NCBI GenBank assembly: GCA_050575255.1
Contig: JBNZDD010013730.1
Span: forward strand, 9,270,381-9,334,380
DNA length: 64,000 bases
Direction: 5' to 3'
From: Harriotta raleighana
Taxonomy: Eukaryota
Every line of letters starts with the position of its first letter. Positions within the stretch are counted from its first letter, which is position 1. Positions 52,322 through 64,000 of the stretch are shown in pieces. The notes beneath the pieces are model-generated. The model did not search any database, was not told the origin of the DNA, and saw only the letters and a program-made list of their open reading frames with translations. Position numbers and translations under genes: made by a program.

Positions 52322-52520
52322 ACACAACAACAAAATTACAATTGAACAGCACCTTTCATGTCCAGGTGCTATGGAGGTTTTGAAAGTGTGGATCGGGAAC
52401 TTGAATTGTATTCTCTGTGTGATGATAATCTACTGGAGTCCGGCAAGAATGAAAGTGATAGGGTCATGGAGCTTGGTGCGGGAAAGGACATGGGCTGCAG
52501 AGTACTGGATGGTCATAATA
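52322..52520 (-). mobile_element. L2 LINE 3' end joined to internal L2 sequence
   Basis: 'acaacaacaaaattacaattgaacagcacctttcatgtcc' tail, then 'aggacatgggctgcagagtactggatg', antisense to the L2 'IQ.SAA.VL' motif. Confidence 0.6.
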
Positions 52521-53313
52521 TCCTATGAACGACAAACGGGAGCTTGTGCATTGGTTATGTTTTTTTTAAACTGCAGCAAGTCAATGAATGTTTTTTCATG
52601 ATGTTTGCAATACCCAATTGTTCCCTTTGGGTGGAAAGAAAGTGCAATACAATGTACATTTATGTATTGGGGGGGGGGTTTCAAAGCGTTTGAGCATCTG
52701 AAAGTATGATTAATTCCTTGTCTAAGATGTTTGAACAAGATCATGCTGTTAAAGAGATGGAATACAGTTCTTGATCCAGTCAGAAGGTGGACTCCAGAGC
52801 ACCTACAGGATAAACCTTTGCAACATGCATCTCGTTCACAAATTTATAGCCGTGGACACAATTGACAATATGATGACAGTTGGGTGCATGATTGATTCAT
52901 TGTCCAGATCTCCGTTTACAATCACAACAATGTTTCTGGAAAGATAACTTACTGGATGACAATACTTTTGTAATAAGAGTCTCCCTTACCTGAATCTCCT
53001 AGTTGATATACAGAACAAAATACTAATAGATTACCTAGGTCTTGTTGTATTCTATTGCTAGAAAGAAACTTGCTTACCACAGCAATGGAGTAATCTAAAA
53101 GCAAATGAGAAGCAGTTCAGGCATGAAGTAAATTTTATGCTCAGAGAAGCCGCTTTCAAGTTTAGTCACCTGTAATTCAGATTCACTGAGTGAAGCCCTT
53201 TGCAATATGCATCTCCAGGGGAGAGTTTGCAAACATTACCATTGCTTCCAAAGGGGGATTCATTGCTTTCAGCCACAACATTATAACATATAGCCAAGTT
53301 AATAATAACACCA

Positions 53314-53633
53314 AGCAAACCTGTGGCTTAGTGGTTAGAGCACTCGCCTTACAAGCATGAGACCTGTGTTCGAATCCAGGCAGATCAGGGCGAAACCTTG
53401 GGCAAGTTTCCTTATTCCACATGCCTAATAATAATCCCTCCAAAAAAAACCACAATAATAAAATTGGTCATTTCAATCCACGACTGTTTGTGGGACGCTG
53501 CTTTGCGCAATTGGCTGCCGCATTCCTCCTACAAATATACAGTCAATTCACTTTACAGTATATTCTGTGAAGCGCTTTGGGACGTTGATAAGATGTGAAA
53601 AGCGCTATATCAAATGCAAGGATTATTATTATT
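53314..53633 (+). mobile_element. Full-length tRNA-derived SINE with L2-type tail (best-preserved copy)
   Basis: A box TGGCTTAGTGG (53324-53334), B box GTTCGAATCC (53368-53377), tail 'gtgaaaagcgctatatcaaatgcaagg(att)n'. Possible 6-bp TSD ACACCA at 53308-53313 and 53634-53639. Confidence 0.88.
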
Positions 53634-53974
53634 ACACCATTTTCTAATCAGGTATTGATTTTGATGTTGCTGAAATCTATTTTGAATAGAGAGAGAGACT
53701 TATGCATTTTTCTTGAAGTAGAAGTAAATCTGTTGTTACTGATGATCTACATAAGGATCAAATGATGGAACCATTTGTGTCATTGAATATTTATTGCTGC
53801 CCAGCCATTCCATGCTCCCACTGAGTACTGTACTTTGACTTAAATTCTTTGTATTCACACAGACTGAAAAGTCACAACATAATCAAAGATGACAACTGAT
53901 ACGGGGAAGATTTCAGTGCTAATAATTATCATCAAGTGATTAACATCAAATAATTAACATTACATGAGAAGATG

Positions 53975-54156
53975 CTGTGTCAAATGTAAGGATTATTATT
54001 ATATCAGCATCTTATCAGTGATGTCGCACTGTTTCTGTCAGCCACAAAATATACAGTTAATTCATTTGCCAGTATATCCTGTGAATTGCTTTGAGACATC
54101 CAGGAGATGTAATAAAGTGCTATATCAAATGCAAAGATTATTATTACTATTATTAT
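53975..54156 (+). mobile_element. Two adjacent SINE tail fragments
   Basis: 'tcaaatgtaaggattattatt', then 'cacaaaatatacagttaattcattt...gtgctatatcaaatgcaaagattattatta'. Confidence 0.7.
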
Positions 54157-55669
54157 CAGAAGTTTATTACACTTCTGGATACCTGGGACCACCATGTACA
54201 GTACAATACTTTGAAACACCGCTGCAGCAAGAATAAAATCCACGGAAATCTATATTTTATGGAATTCTATAGGTTAATTCTGTTGTGCTTTAAAAAAAAA
54301 TCTGTTCATCAATGCGATGGGTTTTGGGTTATCTGAAACCAGTAGCTGTCTGATATAGTGCAGGAAGTGGGATAAGACACAGTTGGAAACTGAAACCATA
54401 ACAAGTTTAATGTCATTAGCTAAGAATGGATCAACCAAGGGGGTCTAAAATGATCAAAAGCAGCAATCCACAGATACTTGAAACTTCCGTGAGTCTCCAT
54501 TTTCAGTCTGCTGCAATCCCACACCTAGTAAATGACTCCAGGCTGCAGACAGTCACTGTTTGATGGTATTGGCTGCAGCTGAGCCCCTTGTTGCTATTTG
54601 TGCAGCAGACTCAGTGTCTCGGATTTGCTTGCAATGCCTCTGGAGGGCTGCGCATGTGGAGCCAGCGCTTCCCCGAGGGCATGCAGTTTGACTTGGCTGT
54701 CAGTCTCATCACCTGAGTGTTCTCACAGTTCCAAAGGAGCAGAAAGGTCTCTGGGAACAGAATCACACACATACACGGTGTGCCTATAGAGAGCACATCT
54801 GCTGTTCCTTCTGCTGCCTCGGTCTTTTCTAAATAAGTCACCATTATATATTATTGCACACCGTGAGGTACAGCAAGTTTAAGCACAGTAGGCTGAGGAG
54901 TCTGGACCTTTGCTTAGTTCCAAAGTAAAATTGAATCAGCTTTTTCAGATGTACATTCAGACGCTCAATAATTCCTTCTCATACCATTTACCAATTTTCA
55001 GCAAAGTTCCACCAAGAGCATTCTGAAGTTTGTTTGATGTGTTATGTGCATTATTTACCATTGATGTGAAAATATTTTTGAGGATTCAGAATTGACCAAT
55101 ATTGTGCTTCAGTGTGCACAGCAATGTGAGCGAGAAGCTCAATTTATTGTCTCATGTACTACTCTAACTGTAATTGTAGAATATCAAGTTGGGCAGTAAT
55201 GTTATTGAAGTTCTGTTTGCATCACCAGTTCTTTGATAGCATTAATGTCAGGATGAAAAGAAAGTTTGTGGGCAGTTAATCGACTACCTGAAATATTTTA
55301 ACAGATTGGCGGATGAGCCCCCTGCAATGCACATCTACCAACTTTACTACAGCTGGTGGGACGCACCTGAAACCAATACCTCTAGGTGATTTCAGGAGCC
55401 CAGCTTCAGGCTGATCCGCACCAGCTCAGCTCCATGTATACCCCATTTACCCAGGCCTGTGGAAATCACAGTAATTTGCTATCCAGTTGCAGAAGAAATG
55501 CAGCATTGAGGCATGGATCTCAATATAGCAATAAATTGGCAGCTTCCCATTGTCAAACCCTGTCGCGTGGCAACTACTGCTCAATACAATTACTACATAG
55601 ATCAAAATATCAAAATAGCAACATTTTATGGTTTGGTTAATTCAACCTCAGAAAGGCTTTTTAGTTAAC

Positions 55670-55880
55670 CTGCGCACAGCAATGTCCCACAGTGAGCTAT
55701 GAAATGAGTGACCAATTTTATTTAGGTGATTGCTGATCAGGATATCACTTTTTGTGCCTTGGGGATCTTTTATGTCCACCTGAATAGGTCCTTGGGTGCC
55801 CGGTTTGCATCTCATCCAAAGGATTGCACCTCCAGCAACCCAACTCTTCCACCCAACACTGCACTCGAATGTCAGCCTTT
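55670..55880 (-). mobile_element. DeuSINE fragment with Deu core
   Basis: 'gtgccttggggatcttttatgtccacctga...cggtttgcatctcatccaaaggattgcacctcc...actgcactcgaatgtcagcc' is the reverse complement of the Deu domain as recalled. Confidence 0.75.
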
Positions 55881-56529
55881 TCCCTTATGGGTAGCCACGC
55901 ATTGTGACTGAACAAAATGAAAGATTTAGCTTGGGTGTTTCCTACTTTTTAATATTCTCGACAAGACCTTTTCATCTGAAACAATAAATTACAAACAAGT
56001 GGTCTGCAAAGCAACCCATAAAAAAACTGACCTCAATTAACTCCTAAAAGTTACTGGTGCGTTCATTGTAACGTAATATACCCTGCCCTCGGGTTAAACG
56101 GTTATTAATGGTAATTACTGGTGGAATTTTGAAGCAATGTCATGAGGTAAAAGTGACGTTCTCTTCAAGATGTTTACAAACGTGAATTGAAAAACATCCT
56201 TGGATTCGATTTAGCACCTTTCACATCGTTATCTTAAAGCGCTTCATATGACTTACAGGGAACTTCCTTCTCTTATGCCACATGACCAAGTACTGCAGGT
56301 GGCTCTTCTTGGTTGGAGAGATTACAACAGCTATTTTGTTGTTTTTATCCTGAAGGGTTATCATGTGGCTATCAAGCAAGGCACAAATACCTTCACAAGC
56401 AATCAATGTGACCACTCACTGGAAATACAGTGCTGATGTATTGTTGTAAATACTGATTTATGGATAAGTCAGTAGTCAGTGGCTAACAGACTTTCCAATG
56501 TAGTGTTTAAATGATTATAACACTATTTT

Positions 56530-56830
56530 CTCATAGAATCGGAAAGTTTGCAGCACAGAAAGAGCTCATTCAGTATTTTGTGTCTATACTAGCGTTATCG
56601 AGCCTCTACCATCTATCATTCGCTGTTCAAGTATTTATCCAAATCCCTTTCAAATGCATAATAAACTGAGTTTAGGAACAGCCATTTGTGACAGAATTTG
56701 ATATTCTAACAACCCACTATGAGTGTGTGTCTATGTGCAAGTATCAAGCATGTGTAAAAAAAAAACTTCTATTATACTGTGTGTATATAAAAACATTTTT
56801 CTGGCAATAATCCTCAATTTATGTTATCTC
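56530..56830 (-). mobile_element. CR1 LINE 3' end
   Basis: 'catagaatc...cagcacagaaagagctcattcag' and 'ttcaagtatttatccaaatccctt...tattctaacaaccca' are typical antisense CR1 terminus segments. Confidence 0.55.
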
Positions 56831-59800
56831 GTGATGGTCATGCTTCACAAAAAAAAAGTCTGCACATACGACTTAGTACAAAAAGATATTGATCTGTGAA
56901 ATATTAACTTCTGCAGTAATTTTATTTTTCTTACAGAGGTTGGTGGGAAAGATAATCAGAATGTGGAACGGACTTGAACAATGGAACAGCTTAAACAGAT
57001 CTTAAGCGACTGAAGAAAACGGAAAAGGGTAAATTTTTAATTGCCTGCTTTTCCAATATTAACTAGCTTTCACAAAGTAAGTAAAGAGCAGCCTTGATAA
57101 GACTGCTGTGGAGAAGTCATTTACTATGTTTATGTAGCATTTCAGAGCAATTAAAATTTGGCAAATTCTTAAATACAGACTTTGTTTTCAAGACAGTTTT
57201 CTGTATGTTTTTAATGAACTCACTTCAGAATTAGGGCTGAATTCAACAATTTGCTCAATTATTCATGCTCCAAAGTGCTACTTGAACTGAGTAAATTTAT
57301 ATCCAGGGGGAATTTCTCCCCAAGTTTCCCCCACTGCCAAGCCTGTCGGTATAGTACCACCATCTTAAATCTACACATTTCCATTCATCTAATGCATCAA
57401 GGGAAGGAAACTGATTGTATCCATTGTGGATAATTTGATTTTATATAAGATAACTATAATAATTGTGAATTAAATCCAGCGCCAGAAAAAATGAACCCAC
57501 CGAGATGGAAAGTCTTAAACTCACTTGTGAAGAGATGGAGAAATATCAGCTCTCTCACTTGGGGTTGGAGGGAACAAGGGGGGAAAGAATCAACTTTAGT
57601 ATAATCTAAATTATGACATCCTCAGAAATATCCCTTACAGATTTGTTGTCTTCTTTTCCCAGCGGAAGTGAGACATAAACAGGGATGGTATGGGTGGGAG
57701 ATAAATATCAGCATCAGGATTTTATAATCACTGCAGCTTAGAACTGATAAATCCCTGCGTGAACATGCATGACATGATGCCATAACAAGTGCAGGCATTT
57801 CTTCACATTGCAGTCTTATTGTGAATTGTACCTTCAGGATCTGAAAATTCTACAGCTTTCAAATCACAACATGTTGCATTAAACAGGTCTGGTATACTTT
57901 CAATAATGAATGTTATTTTGCAAAACCCGAAGAAAAAGGCAGAACCATAACATTCGTAGCTTATTCCAAGAATGTTGTATTTCCTGAAAAAAATTGATTG
58001 TTTTGGTTTTGAAAATATGGCTGTAACCCTGAGGAGACCAAGCATAAATGGAGTAATTTTTGTGTGACGGATGGATGTTTCTCAACGGAATGCACAAAAA
58101 TACTGACATTTACTATGTCGGTAAAATGTGGCTCACAAAATGGATGATCTGACAATTTATTGAACCTCATCAGATCACTCTTTATAAATAGCCAATTTGC
58201 GAGCTTCATTTGAAATTTAACCTGTTACTAATACCCCATTTATCCTGCATGGTTAATGTCAATTCTGCTGTTTCAGCATTTAATCAACACCTAAATAGCA
58301 ATATAAATTAAGACTTGAGGGAACCAATTTAACTTTAAACTACTTGGTCCTGTATCTTAAAGTTCATGATTAAACTCAGATACATAACAGAAAGTAATTT
58401 CTGGTGAATTCCATTTAAGACTGGAATTTTTGTTTTAAAGAGCAAGCATCTTAAAATACATTGTGGTCACTGTCAACCTTTCCCCATTTTGGCAAGTGGT
58501 CAACGTGATGAGCTTTGAAAGATTGATCTCATTTGTAACATTGATCTAACTGCAAGGGACAATAGTTAATTTGTTCACAAGTAAAAGTGATGCTAATCCA
58601 CAAAACGCTGGGGGCATGTCATTGTATTGATGTACTTCAGTATCGCAATGACTATCCCTCTATTGGTTTTAGGATATAAAAGAAAAACTGGTTGAAGCGA
58701 ATTTCTTCTGCAATTTAGGTGTTGACTGACATGAATTTGCAGCAGTTTTTCTCTCATTTTTTTCCCACACCCCACAACCTTCAAAATGTGACTTTGACCT
58801 GGGAAATAACCCAACAAGTAGTACACTATGTCTGAGCATTCCTCCCGAGCACAACAAATGTCGGTGCAGGTGCAGAAATGCAGCGTAAGTATATTCCAAT
58901 TGAGATTTCAATATTCATTCCAGTGGTATCAATTTTACATCACTGCTGATGAAAATAAATCATTTTAGTGGATTGGATTGCAAATCTCAATCACTGTTAG
59001 GACTGCTGCACATATTAAAGATCAAGTCTAACATCTCGAGAAATTAAAATGTGCTAAAGGGAACTTAATACTGAACTTCAGAAGAAACATCTATGCAAAG
59101 CATTTATCATTCAGAAAGTAGGGGATATTTTAAACTAAAGTTATTTGAAAGAAGATTTTGTATTTTTATCATCTGTTTTAACTTATGGAGGCCTGGAATT
59201 TGATTTATTTAACATTAAATCCATCCAGAGTAGAAGGCAAACACTCATCCTTGATACTGAAATCAAAGATCTGCATTGTTGTGGAAGAGATGAAACAGAA
59301 TACTTTTACTTCATATTAAAATTACATGTTCCTGTTAACAATTCCACAAGATGCTCCTCTTTTGCAGACATTTAAGACCTGTATTTATTTCCATTGTTTG
59401 TATCCATAGGCGCTGACGTTTTGTACGAATGCCTCAAATTCAAGTTCATGAAAGAAAAGACTTTGGCAGACAGACAACAAATCCTCCTGCAAACAATGGA
59501 AATATTAATCGGTCTCCATGAGCCTACAACAAGCTTCCTACAAGAGAAACAGCGAGTCAGTGGTGAGTTATTTAGACAAAATCTCATTGACAGTCAGTCA
59601 CACACTCAGCTAAGATTCAATCCAAACTGGAAGATTGAAATTAAATAACTTAGTTTTAATAGAATTACAATAAGATAGTTCATTTGGAGCCAATGCTACA
59701 TTCAAAGATAAATTGCTGTCTTACATCATTTCATGCATTCCCCCAAAACATCTGATGGCTCAGTAGATACAGCTACTTTTGAGAGTGAAACTAAACCATA

Positions 59801-61734
59801 GAACCTAGTGTGTGATGTGTTAATCAATCTGAACTGGGGTAACAATTGTACACATCATTATTGGCTTCTGGGGAAGAAATTAGTCAGGTTTTTAGTTTTT
59901 TTCCTCCTGGAAAGTGTGTTTGTGGATGTTGCAATTGGGCTCATCTGCTCAGCAGATATCCTTTCCCCTGCCATTGCTAAATAACACATAACTTGGTTAC
60001 TTGGGTGAGGTGACTTGAGGGTGGCCTTGCCATAGCTCAGGACTTTGCTAAAAAGGAGATTTTGCACTTGTAAAATGTTAGCCAACATTTTCAGGCGATG
60101 CAGGGAGAAATATTGAATGAAACAAAATGTAGATCTGACATTGCACATCGTCTACCTCACAAAATGCGCATTGAAGAGTAAATTCAATTGACACCTTCCT
60201 ACAGTCCAATAAATATTAATGCAGCCACATAAATGTATTTCTGCCACACTTTCATGTCATAGTCCACCACATTGTCAGGTTGGTGCTTCATAATGTACAG
60301 AGACCCAGACTTGGGGTGGATGTAGAGTACACTTTAATGAAAATTCATTTAGAAACCGAGGAGTAATTCCATTCAAGGTAGGTCAGGTACCGCAAGTTGA
60401 AAAGAGGCACAGTACTGTATAAAGAGACTACAAGTGCAAAATATCATCTGTAATGTGCACCCAGGATAAAATGACATAAATTAAATTGACCTCTTCGGCT
60501 TTCACATCGTAACAGCAAAGTTGACATTTTGATCATTCTGGAGGAGGGAAGAGGAAAACAATGGGGGAGGAATCTATTATTGTATCGAACGTAACCTCTT
60601 GGTTAACCACAAACAAACATTGATCAAATTGTCATGGGCTGGATCTCTCCACCCTGAAACAGAGGAAACCAGAAATAGATTTAATACTCACCTCTGATAG
60701 AAAGCCCAAATATGAAAAGGATCAAACATAGGCCTGCTGACGGGTGCCAAAACTATACTTTTAGACCTGTTCAGTCATTAATGTTCTGACTGGAACCTAA
60801 GCTTAATGCTGTAGCATTGCAATCTTAGTCAGCAGTTTCAGTTACAATCTTTGAGGGAAGATTATCAGAAATATAAATGTGAATGGGTTGTCTCAATACC
60901 ATTGCCCCTCAACTCCCGATATTTGGGGGTTTTGTTTTGAGAAATTCACAATTTCAAATTGTTGAAACATTTCAAGTCCAATATCTGAGTGGCATGATAT
61001 CATTTGAATTCTTTCCTCCCCTCCTCTCAATTATAAATCTAGTTTAATTCCTCCAGTTAATGCTCACTTTGATTTAGCATTTATTACCTATTTACTTCAA
61101 TAGGATTTTTATCTTATTGCCACTCTCCCTCCAAACTCAGCACCCATTCCCTGCTGTAGGTGAAACTATCCTGTGGAATAGACCAATTTTGAGTACCTAC
61201 TTCAGGTATGTGTTGTGGAAATTGACAACTGCCTTATGACTCAAGGAACAAACCATGCAGATTGGGTGCATCTGCTCCAAATCAATTCCATTCATTTTTA
61301 CTCAACCTGAACAATTGAGAAGAATTCAGCACCCTTTTACTTTCATTGCAAGGAATTCAATCTTGATGTAAATGTGCTTGTAAAATACGTTCAGAACATT
61401 TTACACAATAGTGGGAATTAGGTCTTTTTAGTGGGTTTTTTTTCCCTGAATAAACCAGATAAGCAGATTGCATGGAAATGTCTACTCTGGTTGAAATGGG
61501 TTGGGACAGTTTATATAGAGTGGGACAGTTTAAATCCAGTTCCCAAGTGGTTACCGGTCTATCATTGAAAACCATCCTTGGATTCAGCAGTTAGTAATAG
61601 CTCTACAGACTCGCTACAAGGGATAAGACAGCAGGGAAAGTGCAAAATTGTGTAGTATGTGGAGTTTGTCTGAGATAAGGATTTAGACAATACCAGGATC
61701 AAGGAAGTAAAAGCTCTCTGTACTATGATACTCA

Positions 61735-62140
61735 TAATGATCTTTACATTTGATATAGTGTCTGTAACAATTCAAAGCACTTCAATATGTTTCTTAGAGT
61801 GAATGACTGTATGAATCAGGCATCCAGTTGTAGTAATGTCCCCCCCCAAACAGTCATGTAGTGAATTATTATTTTTTTCGCACTGGAGAACAATTGGCCA
61901 GGATGCAGGGAAAAACTCCCTTAACCTTTCAGATAGTGTCATGGGATCTTTAATGGCCATCTGAACAGACAGACAGGGCCTTGGGATGTCAATGCAGGAT
62001 GACATTGTCGTCTGTCACAGAAGCTTCCCCTGACATGGCAGAGAAGAGGGCTGGACTGGGAGCTCAAAGTCCTGATGTGAGGCATCAATCCTCTACCTTC
62101 TGTCCCAGGCGAGAATGTTACCAATTGAATCAGGCTGACA
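61735..62140 (-). mobile_element. Near full-length DeuSINE (SacSINE1-like)
   Basis: Minus-strand tRNA-like head 'gtcagcctgattcaattggtaacattctcgcc...cagaagg', Deu motif 'atagtgtcatgggatctttaatggccatctgaacagacagacagggcc' (+ strand), and tail 'tacatttgatatagtg'. Confidence 0.75.
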
Positions 62141-62354
62141 GGAGTAATTGAATCAATACTAGTTACGAGAGTGGTGACTACTATCTTGCGACAATAAATA
62201 AATAAAAATGATCATCATTAACTTATTAATTGAAATGTACAGTATACATAAAGGCCCAATATTTTGTGCTATGTGAACAAAACAGACCAGCGAAGTGAGC
62301 ATAAAGTTGGATGCCCCATTGGTTAATACTAAGAGGTGATCAGTGCTCATTCTT

Positions 62355-62420
62355 TTCAGCACTTTGGGATGTCCTCTTGATGTGAAAGGCGCTACACAAA
62401 TGTAATTTTACTATTGTATC
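62355..62420 (+). mobile_element. L2 3' tail
   Basis: 'cagcactttgggatgtcctcttgatgtgaaaggcgctacacaaatgtaatttt'. Confidence 0.65.
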
Positions 62421-64000
62421 GGGAAACAATCTGCATATTTTGCCTCTACTGTTAAAGGCATATCAAATACAATCATTTTTAGTTCAATAACCAAATCTTT
62501 CTGTGTTGCTTTGAGGACAACAAAGGCATGGGCAGACAGGAGGTGACGTAGTCAACGACCATTTAATCTCCCATTAAGAATTTGGTCTTGATCCTTTAGC
62601 CAACCCCTATCAAAATTAGATACCCCAGCTCCTTTACTATTTGGGATCAAACCAGAAATATATACATATACACGGATGTTCTAAGTAGCACTAACATCCT
62701 TTAGCAGCGTTGGGAGAAGGGAGAGAAACAAACAGAATTTGAAAAAAATTATCTTCATTTTCTATTGTTACACAGAGGGATGATCACAGTTTCCTCAGTG
62801 TGTTGAAACTCTCCATCAGTTAAAAGAAATCCAGTTTAAAAACATGAAAGCACCTCCGGAAAACAGCAGGAAAGTGCTAAGCAATCATCATAAACAGGAT
62901 GAACCAGCAGTATTGAGATTTTACATTTGGATTGCCTGATGGCTCTCTTATGATCCCTTTGGGAATTAGCAATTGTATTCCAAGGAAATCCGTGAGATTC
63001 AGACAATGTCAGCTACTTATATCATCCACCATTTAAATGATACTCGATTAGAGGGTCCAACCGGTGCCCCACTCCTTAGTTAGAGCCTACTCCAGTTGCA
63101 TCATGCTGCTTGACAGGTTTAATTTCAACACAGATTTCCATGTTCAGGCGTAAAGTGTGCTCTGCCACATCTTACAGTAGCAATTAGTTTAATCTCTCAG
63201 ATCAAAGGAAGCAGACTGGAGAGAGAAAGCCCAGGGTGCAGTTAATGATGGGCAGTAAATCCACTTCAGAAATTACTCTTCCGTCTGAAACCATTTCTTT
63301 GTACTTTGAAGTTGAGTTCCACCGCAGCAAAATAGGTCTGCTCCCTTTATTTTTATTCCATTAAAGAGTTCAGTACCATTCCTCCACCCTTTCATTAAAG
63401 AGGATGAGTTATACTGTTAAAGAACATGGATGGCTTTTTAAAAAATATATAAAACTTACCCTTCACATTGATTTTCAGGATTAAGCAAATATTTTTTAAA
63501 ACGTGGATTAATATAGATTTATAGTAAATAGTGTTTTGGAAAAATTCTAAGATTTACACAGTATATTGGCAATTCCTGATGGTTATTAAACCAAAAAGTT
63601 GTCAATGGTGTGTGCAATTTTCTTATTTCTTTTGTTGGGTAATGGAACACATTGTATTGGTTTGCATTATGTTTCTCGTGCCTTTAATCATTCACTCTGT
63701 GTGCACCCATGGCAGGGAGGAGGAAACAAGCCTGATTTCAAGGCTGAATAAACAAACGCATAAAATTGTGGGAGGAAAACAAAACCAGAAATGAAGCAAA
63801 TTGAGTTATTTTACGACTGTGAGACTATTACCTTATTTGCTTAATTCCTACTCTGTGACATGAACCCAGCATATGATTAACCATTAAGCCAAAACCCGCG
63901 TGCCAAGGACCTGCATTACTGGAAAATTAGATTACTGCAAGGCGTTGATTTTTGTTTGATATTTCTGTTAAAAAAAGGTTAGTTTTTCTTGATTTCTATA

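Noticed and set aside
56937-57028. Exon-like segment with strong acceptor
   Set aside because: Stops in all frames, and the translation 'IIRMWNGL' suggests a decayed CR1 fragment.
1-64000. CRISPR arrays, operons, prophage or other prokaryotic-type systems
   Set aside because: The sequence is vertebrate non-coding DNA with no repeat-spacer arrays or long coding blocks.

Overview
This is AT-rich, non-coding vertebrate genomic DNA. The repeat content (HER1-type CR1 tails, L2 tails, Deu-domain SINEs, a tRNA-headed L2-tailed SINE, a Penelope-type palindrome) points to a cartilaginous fish, possibly a holocephalan such as Callorhinchus; that assignment is inference from recalled consensus sequences. 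I recognise no host protein-coding exon. The only ORF-track translations with recognisable similarity are decayed CR1/L2 ORF2 fragments. The flanks (about 1-18 kb and 37-64 kb) are littered with old retroposon fragments. The centre is largely repeat-free and holds three GC/CpG-enriched regions (about 19.0-21.7, 30.1-33.7 and 42.4-44.5 kb). These carry promoter motifs and + strand splice donors, plus one well-formed internal exon (34832-35014). This looks like the multi-promoter 5' end of a large gene that I cannot name. Notable local structures are a Penelope-derived palindrome with a degenerate hammerhead ribozyme core (41003-41205), a 176-bp near-perfect inverted repeat (43900-44600), AmnSINE2-like elements, and a graded series from DeuSINE to a Deu-less SINE. 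Several perfect tandem duplications split by a single N are probably assembly or haplotype artefacts. I cannot support a new biological system from this sequence alone. Repeat boundaries are approximate.
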